Shown: piece after piece, positions 59,142-64,000 of the stretch | Layout: every line of letters starts with the position of its first letter | How positions within the stretch are numbered: the first letter of the stretch is position 1 | DNA from: Polyangiaceae bacterium | Lineage (GTDB): Bacteria; Myxococcota_A; Polyangia; Polyangiales; Polyangiaceae | Assembly (NCBI GenBank): GCA_044376115.1 | Contig: JBILLK010000008.1 | Span: forward strand, 64,001-128,000 | Reading direction: 5' to 3' | DNA length: 64,000 bases | The notes under the pieces: model-generated | The model's input: only the letters and a program-made list of their open reading frames with translations | Databases searched by the model: none | What the model was told of the DNA's origin: nothing | Translations under genes and position numbers: made by a program

Positions 59142-59783
59142 CTAGCCTCGGCCAGGGCTTGCGTGAGTTATGTCGTCGTCGTACTCGAGCCACTTGTACG
59201 CGATCCGAGGCGCCTGCCCAGTCGTCGCGTGAAGGAGCAGCTCAAAGGCCAGGGACCGCGGCATGTGGAATCGGCTGGGGTACCAGAACATCCCAACTCC
59301 GCAGCACGGGCAAGATTGATCGAGCTGCGAGACGCGGTCGATTTGCGCTCGAGCATTGAGGTCGGTGTACGCGTATCGCCTGTCGTCGCCAGTCTCCAGG
59401 TGATACTCAAGAACAGCAAAGGATGGGCCGAACACGAGACTGAGTCGTTCATGGGCGTCCGAAACGAGGAACAATTGCCCTGATGGAAGCTCAAGAAACG
59501 GCCTCAACGTGGAAGGGCTTGGTACAAGATCCGTATCAGTATCGTCGATGCGCCACGACCTTCGCGGGCGTAGCAGAGCGTCACTGTCTCGTGCAGAGCC
59601 CAGCTCAGGCGGGCTTGGGAGGAAGACCTCGCTAGTTCGCAACCGTTTCAGGAAGTCCCTATTTTGCGCTCGCGCGCCGGGAGACTGCTTAGCGCATTGA
59701 GCGCACAAGCCTTCCAGTCTCGCTGCTGTGGACGCCAGGATCACCGCCCCACAGTCGATGCAGGCACTTGTACCTTCGGCCAC
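59142..59783 (-). CDS. hypothetical Cys-motif cassette gene
   Basis: CIDC...CAQC and CPCCG motifs; GGAGG RBS after the attC core. Confidence 0.65.
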   Translation of the reverse strand: MAEGTSACIDCGAVILASTAARLEGLCAQCAKQSPGARAQNRDFLKRLRTSEVFLPSPPELGSARDSDALLRPRRSWRIDDTDTDLVPSPSTLRPFLELPSGQLFLVSDAHERLSLVFGPSFAVLEYHLETGDDRRYAYTDLNARAQIDRVSQLDQSCPCCGVGMFWYPSRFHMPRSLAFELLLHATTGQAPRIAYKWLEYDDDITHASPGRG

Positions 59784-59799
59784 AGCAGATCCTCCGTCC

Positions 59800-59887
59800 G
59801 CCCAACGTACCGGCGTTCTGCGGCAAGCGCCAGAGGGAGCGCGGAGCGCGACCGACGGCGATTGTCCGCAGCAACGCCATGTTAGGC
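59800..59887 (-). other. attC site (intact)
   Basis: GCCCAAC...GGCGTTCTGCGGCAAGCGCC...GGCGATTGTCCGCAGCAACGCC...GTTAGGC, 88 bp. Confidence 0.93.
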
Positions 59888-60245
59888 ACCAGCCACATAA
59901 CTCATTAAAGCTGGCTCTAGCGTTGAGGCCTCTCCAGCAACGAAGCCTCCCACGCCTTTACCTATCAGGTCATGTTCCCGTGCCTTGGCCAGGCCCCGAC
60001 GTCTCCCGTAACCGCGAGGCCTATCAATCAGGAAGCGCAGCAATAGAGGCGTTTCCTGAAGCCATACCCCATCAAGTCAACGCTCCAGGCACCGGATGGA
60101 TAAGCGACTAAGCCCTCCCAGCCGAAACACTCTCAAACCCGAACCAGAAGCCACCCGCGTCAGACGGAGTTACGGGAGCGGGGCTCGGCCACAGCAGGGA
60201 CAACCTTGCTGTCTAAATCTCAAGGCTAGCCCGCCCGCTATGTCT

Positions 60246-60333
60246 GCCTAACGTACCGGCGTTCTGCGGCAAGCACCAGAGGGAGCGCGAAGCGCGACCG
60301 ACAGTGATTGTCCGCAGCAACGCCATGTTAGGC
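60246..60333 (-). other. attC site (intact)
   Basis: GCCTAAC...GGCGTTCTGCGGCAAGCAC...GTGATTGTCCGCAGCAACGCC...GTTAGGC, 88 bp. Confidence 0.93.
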
Positions 60334-60693
60334 ACCAGCCGAATACCTCATCAAAGGTGGCAATGGCGTTGAGGCCTCTCCAGCAACGAAGCCTCCCAAG
60401 CCTTTACCTATCAGGTCATGTTCCAGTGCCTTGGCCAGGCCCCGACGTCTCCCGTAACCGCGAGGCCTATCAATCAGGAAGCGCAGCAACTAAAGGCATT
60501 CCCAGAAACTATACCCTATCAAGCCACCGCGCCGCGCCCTGGATGGATAAGCGACTAAGCCGCTCCCAAAGCAAGGTCCACCAAATCGCGTGCCAGAAGC
60601 CACCCGCTTCAGACGGAGTTTCGGGAGCGGGGCTCGGCCACAACAGCAATAACATTGCTGTCTAAATCTCAAGGCTAGCCCCCCGCTATGTCT

Positions 60694-60846
60694 GCCTAAC
60701 TCCTATTGTCCCGGTCTCTCGAATGCAACGGTGCGCAGCGAGATCGGTCTGTATAACTCGGCGCTTGGCGCCCTGAAGGCCGAGAAACCCCGCATTTCGT
60801 GGGTGGGCGCCGCTGCCTAATACGGAAGGTGGCTGTTCCGTATAAC
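60694..60846 (-). other. putative attI region
   Basis: Core GTTAGGC (60694-60700) starts cassette 1 with no attC palindrome upstream; direct repeats GTTATAC(A/G)GA at about 60748-60757 and 60837-60846. Confidence 0.7.
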
Positions 60847-60935
60847 GCGGCGGGGGGCAGCGCCGAGGGGTCGATTTGCGACTCATTCTGCGCCACCACG
60901 TGCCGCGCGTCCCTGGCCCATCGCGCCTCGCGGTC

Positions 60936-62033
60936 TCAGCGGTCTTCGGGCTCGTTGCCGGGGAGGTATCGGTTTGGGAGCTGACTGCCGTGGGTGACGT
61001 GCGGAGGCGGGGTGCGCCCGGCCGGGCGGGCTGGCGGGAAGGGCGCGCCCAAGCGCGGCGGGGTGGGGACGGCGTGGAGGTCGTCTAGGGGGCTGCGTAC
61101 GCCAAGGCCGCCGCGGTTGAGGACGTGGGTGTAGATCATGGTGGTAGCGACGTCGCGATGGCCGAGTAGCTCTTGGATGGTGCGAATGTCGTAGCCGGCT
61201 TCCAAGAGGTGGGTGGCAAAGCTGTGCCTTAGCGAATGAGGGCTCACGTTCTTGGAGAGCCGCGCTTTGATCGCGGCGATGCGGACCGCGCGCTGCAGTA
61301 CCGTTTCGTGGAGGTGGTGACGGCGCAGTTGGCCCGACTCGGGATCCTGGTAATGGCGAGTCGCCGCAAACAGCCATTGCCAGGGCCACTCGCGACCGGC
61401 GTTCTTGTACTTGCGATGCAGCGCGTCCGGGACGGCGACCCAACCTGCGCCTTCACGCAGATCGGCTTCGTGCGTTGCGCGCGTGCTCGCGAGGTGATCG
61501 GTCAACTCGTAATGCAGCCGTTGGGGCAGCGTGGTCACCCGATCCTTTCGACCCTTGCCGTCCCGCACGCGGATCTCCCGACGCTCGAGGTCCAGGTCCT
61601 TGATGCGCAGCGTGCAACACTCCATGAGCCGCAGCCCGGAGCCGTACAGAAGCGCCGCCATCAAGCGGGTTACGCCGCTCATTTGCTCAAACAGCGAGGC
61701 TACCTCGGAGGCCGTGAGCACCACCGGCAGGCGTTCGGGAGTTGGTGCGCGGCTGACGTTGACGTGCCGTTCCAGCGGCCTTTGCAGCACGCCCTCAAAC
61801 AGACAAAGCAACGCAGCCAACGCCTGATTGTGACTCGAAGGTGCTATCCCCTCGGCGGCCAGAGACTGCAGAAAGCTCTCTACATGATTGGCGTTCAATC
61901 GGTCATAGGGTTGCTTGGTGAAGCGGAGGAAACGGAGAATCCAGCCGGCATAGGCTGTACGGGTGCGTGGGCTGTAGCGTCGCCCGCGGAGCACCTCGTG
62001 AACGCGCTCCATAAAGCTGTCCGTCGGAATCAT
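60936..62033 (-). CDS. intI: integron integrase
   Basis: [17 protein letters not shown], integron-specific insert [19 protein letters not shown]...[46 protein letters not shown]. Confidence 0.97.
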   Translation of the reverse strand: MIPTDSFMERVHEVLRGRRYSPRTRTAYAGWILRFLRFTKQPYDRLNANHVESFLQSLAAEGIAPSSHNQALAALLCLFEGVLQRPLERHVNVSRAPTPERLPVVLTASEVASLFEQMSGVTRLMAALLYGSGLRLMECCTLRIKDLDLERREIRVRDGKGRKDRVTTLPQRLHYELTDHLASTRATHEADLREGAGWVAVPDALHRKYKNAGREWPWQWLFAATRHYQDPESGQLRRHHLHETVLQRAVRIAAIKARLSKNVSPHSLRHSFATHLLEAGYDIRTIQELLGHRDVATTMIYTHVLNRGGLGVRSPLDDLHAVPTPPRLGAPFPPARPAGRTPPPHVTHGSQLPNRYLPGNEPEDR

Positions 62034-62139
62034 CGGCTCGCGAATGCGAGTACCGTTCCATCCGCTTTCCTGCAGCGATTCGAGCCCAACCAGCGGCGGA
62101 CGCCAAAAATCCCGTGGCGCCCGCCAGCCCCCTACCCTT

Positions 62140-62787
62140 CTATTTGGGCAACCGCCTAAAAAGCAGAGACAGGTTGTTGGCCGGCATCTCGATCAGCCGC
62201 TCAAACTGCAATTGCTGCTCGGCTGCGGCGGCTTGTAGCTGTTCGAGAGAACGGAGGCCCCAGGCGGGGTTGCGTTGCCGCAGCGAGCGGTCAAAGGCTT
62301 CATTGCTTTCAGCGGTGGGGACGCCCTCGCGGCGGTAGGGGCCGTAGAGGTAGAGGAGGCCGTTCGGTGGGAGGACGCGAGAGGCGCCGGCGAGCAGGCC
62401 TAAGGTGGATTCCCATGGGCTTATATGCACCATGTTAATGCACAATACGGCATCGGCGGAGGCGACGGGCCAGTCGGGGCTGGCTGCGTCAATCATCAAG
62501 GGACCGAGCACGTTGCTGCGCTTTTCGGCCTCGGTCCAAGCGGCGATGGAGACCCGCGCTTCGGCATCTGGGTCACTCGGTTGGAAGCGGAGCGCTGGAA
62601 ACTCCCCTGCGAAGTAGACGATATGTTCGCCCGAGCCGCTGGCCAGCTCCAGCACCAGGCCGCTCTCTGGTAGCGCCTCTCGCAATACTTCTCGAATTGG
62701 TTCACGGTTGCGCGCGGTGGCAGGCGCGTGCTTCTTGAGAGCGGTGCCGCTCTCGCTTGCGAGCCAAGGTGTGGAGGTATTCTTCAT
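62140..62787 (-). CDS. DUF938 SAM-dependent methyltransferase-like protein
   Basis: [56 protein letters not shown]. Confidence 0.9.
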   Translation of the reverse strand: MKNTSTPWLASESGTALKKHAPATARNREPIREVLREALPESGLVLELASGSGEHIVYFAGEFPALRFQPSDPDAEARVSIAAWTEAEKRSNVLGPLMIDAASPDWPVASADAVLCINMVHISPWESTLGLLAGASRVLPPNGLLYLYGPYRREGVPTAESNEAFDRSLRQRNPAWGLRSLEQLQAAAAEQQLQFERLIEMPANNLSLLFRRLPK

Positions 62788-62791
62788 AGCG

Positions 62792-64000
62792 TTAACGTAG
62801 ATTGTAGCGTTCGAGTTTGTTGAGGAAGCCCTGCCGTGAAAGGCCCAAGCGGCTAGCGGCTTGGCTCTTGTTACCGCCAGTGGCCTCGAGCGCCTGGGCG
62901 AGCTCTCGGCGTTCCAGCTCTTCAATCTTTTGTTCGAGGGTGACCGGGGGGCCCGCGGGCGTGTTGGGCCGGCGACGCAACGATGGGGAAAGGTCCTCCG
63001 CCTCAATTTGGGCGCGTCCGCCGGAGAGGATGAGCGCGCGTTGCATCTCGTGACGCAGCTCTCGCAAGTTACCCGGCCAGTCATGCGCCTCGAGCACGCG
63101 CAGTGCGCTGGGAGCGAGCTGCGCCTCACGGCTGCCGGGCACCAAGGCGCGCGCGGCGTGCAGGAAGTAATTGGCGAGTAGCTCCAAGTCGGTGAGGCGG
63201 TCGGTGAGCTTGGGCAGCTCCACCTCGATACCGCGTAAGCGCCAAAAAAGGTCCTCGCGGAAGCGGCCCTCTTTGGTCATTAGCAGGAGGTCGCGATGGG
63301 TAGCGGAGACCACCCGTACGTCCACAGCGACCGACTTGACCGAACCGACGGGCATCACCTCCCCTGCCTCGAGAACGCGCAAGAGTTTGACCTGTAGGCC
63401 CAGCTCGAGGTCACCGATCTCATCGAGGAACAGCGTGCCTCCGCTGGCCTGCACAAATAATCCCGGAGCGTCGGCCACAGCGCCGGTAAACGCGCCTCGC
63501 TTATGACCAAACAACGTTGACTCGAGCAGCGAAGGCGAGAGCGCGCCGCAGTTGACGGCCACAAAATGCTGCTTACTGCGCCGACTGGAGCGGTGAATGA
63601 AGCGCGCGAATAGCTCTTTGCCAGTGCCTGAAGCGCCGGTAAGAAGCATCGGCACGTCGGCCAGGGCGGCGCGCCCAGCGAGTTCCTTGGCTGCTATGAA
63701 GGCCGGAGAATGCCCGAGTAGGCCATCCATGGGCGCGGCCAACGTGGCCGTCTCTAACTCATTGACGCGGTCCTCCAGCGTGAGCCGGGCCTGCGCCCGC
63801 GCAAGCACCGCCGCCAGCACGTCGGGATCCACCGGCTTGGTCAAGAAGTCATAGGCGCCACGTTTAACCAGTGAAAGCGCCAATTGCGTCTCACTGCTGC
63901 CGGAGACCACCACCACTTGGGTACCCGGCTGTTGCGCGAGGAAGGCCTCGAGCAGGGCCGCACCCTCTTTGGCTTGGCCCGAGGGCGGCAACATCAGATC
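62792..64000 (-). CDS. sigma54-dependent response regulator (NtrC family); 5' end outside the window
   Basis: [54 protein letters not shown]-terminal Fis HTH. Confidence 0.95.
   Translation of the reverse strand, partial: DLMLPPSGQAKEGAALLEAFLAQQPGTQVVVVSGSSETQLALSLVKRGAYDFLTKPVDPDVLAAVLARAQARLTLEDRVNELETATLAAPMDGLLGHSPAFIAAKELAGRAALADVPMLLTGASGTGKELFARFIHRSSRRSKQHFVAVNCGALSPSLLESTLFGHKRGAFTGAVADAPGLFVQASGGTLFLDEIGDLELGLQVKLLRVLEAGEVMPVGSVKSVAVDVRVVSATHRDLLLMTKEGRFREDLFWRLRGIEVELPKLTDRLTDLELLANYFLHAARALVPGSREAQLAPSALRVLEAHDWPGNLRELRHEMQRALILSGGRAQIEAEDLSPSLRRRPNTPAGPPVTLEQKIEELERRELAQALEATGGNKSQAASRLGLSRQGFLNKLERYNLR

Larger units (their letters stand above)
59800..60700 (-). repeat. two diverged tandem copies (~447-bp units) of a gene-less integron cassette
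   Basis: Units 59800-60245 and 60246-60693 share long identical blocks, e.g. 64 nt at 59980-60043 = 60426-60489. Confidence 0.92.

Noticed and set aside
59728..60672. ORFs 59728-60111 (+), 60357-60665 (+) and 60490-60672 (-) as proteins
   Set aside because: Frames are not conserved between the two cassette copies (frameshifting indels, early stop) and one runs through an attC
59888..60693. retron msr-msd, or tetO operators from CCTATCA
   Set aside because: No reverse transcriptase in the window; CCTATCA occurs only as unpaired half-sites with irregular spacing
56833..60700. CRISPR array
   Set aside because: The repeats are 83-101-bp imperfect palindromes with RYYYAAC/GTTRRRY ends separated by gene-sized cargo, i.e. 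attC sites; no cas genes
62034..62139. LexA box or attI upstream of intI
   Set aside because: No recognisable SOS box or cassette junction; the DUF938 gene ends ~106 bp upstream, leaving no room for an array

Overview
GC-rich bacterial window whose gene content (AgmX/PglI-type domain, Cys-rich lipoproteins, several sigma54 promoters, NtrC-type regulator) suggests a myxobacterium; this is inference. The left ~9 kb is mostly housekeeping or regulatory (acyl-CoA ligase, miaB, VWA-FHA, LuxR pair). From 9.8 to 32.7 kb lie mixed accessory genes, including a ~450-bp highly structured non-coding block with a circularly permuted tRNA-like (YrlA-type) module ahead of a slipin gene. From ~32.7 to 62 kb is an integron whose integrase (60936-62033) is co-oriented with its cassettes, with attI downstream of the intI 3' end. 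The first two cassettes are diverged copies of one gene-less cassette, and five intact attC sites lie between 56.8 and 60.3 kb. Beyond an IS66 element, ~21 kb of short co-oriented genes retain only attC fragments; they include an ADP-ribose-processing cluster, immunity-like genes, an HNH nuclease and a decayed second vapBC. Family names come from motif recognition by eye, not database searches.
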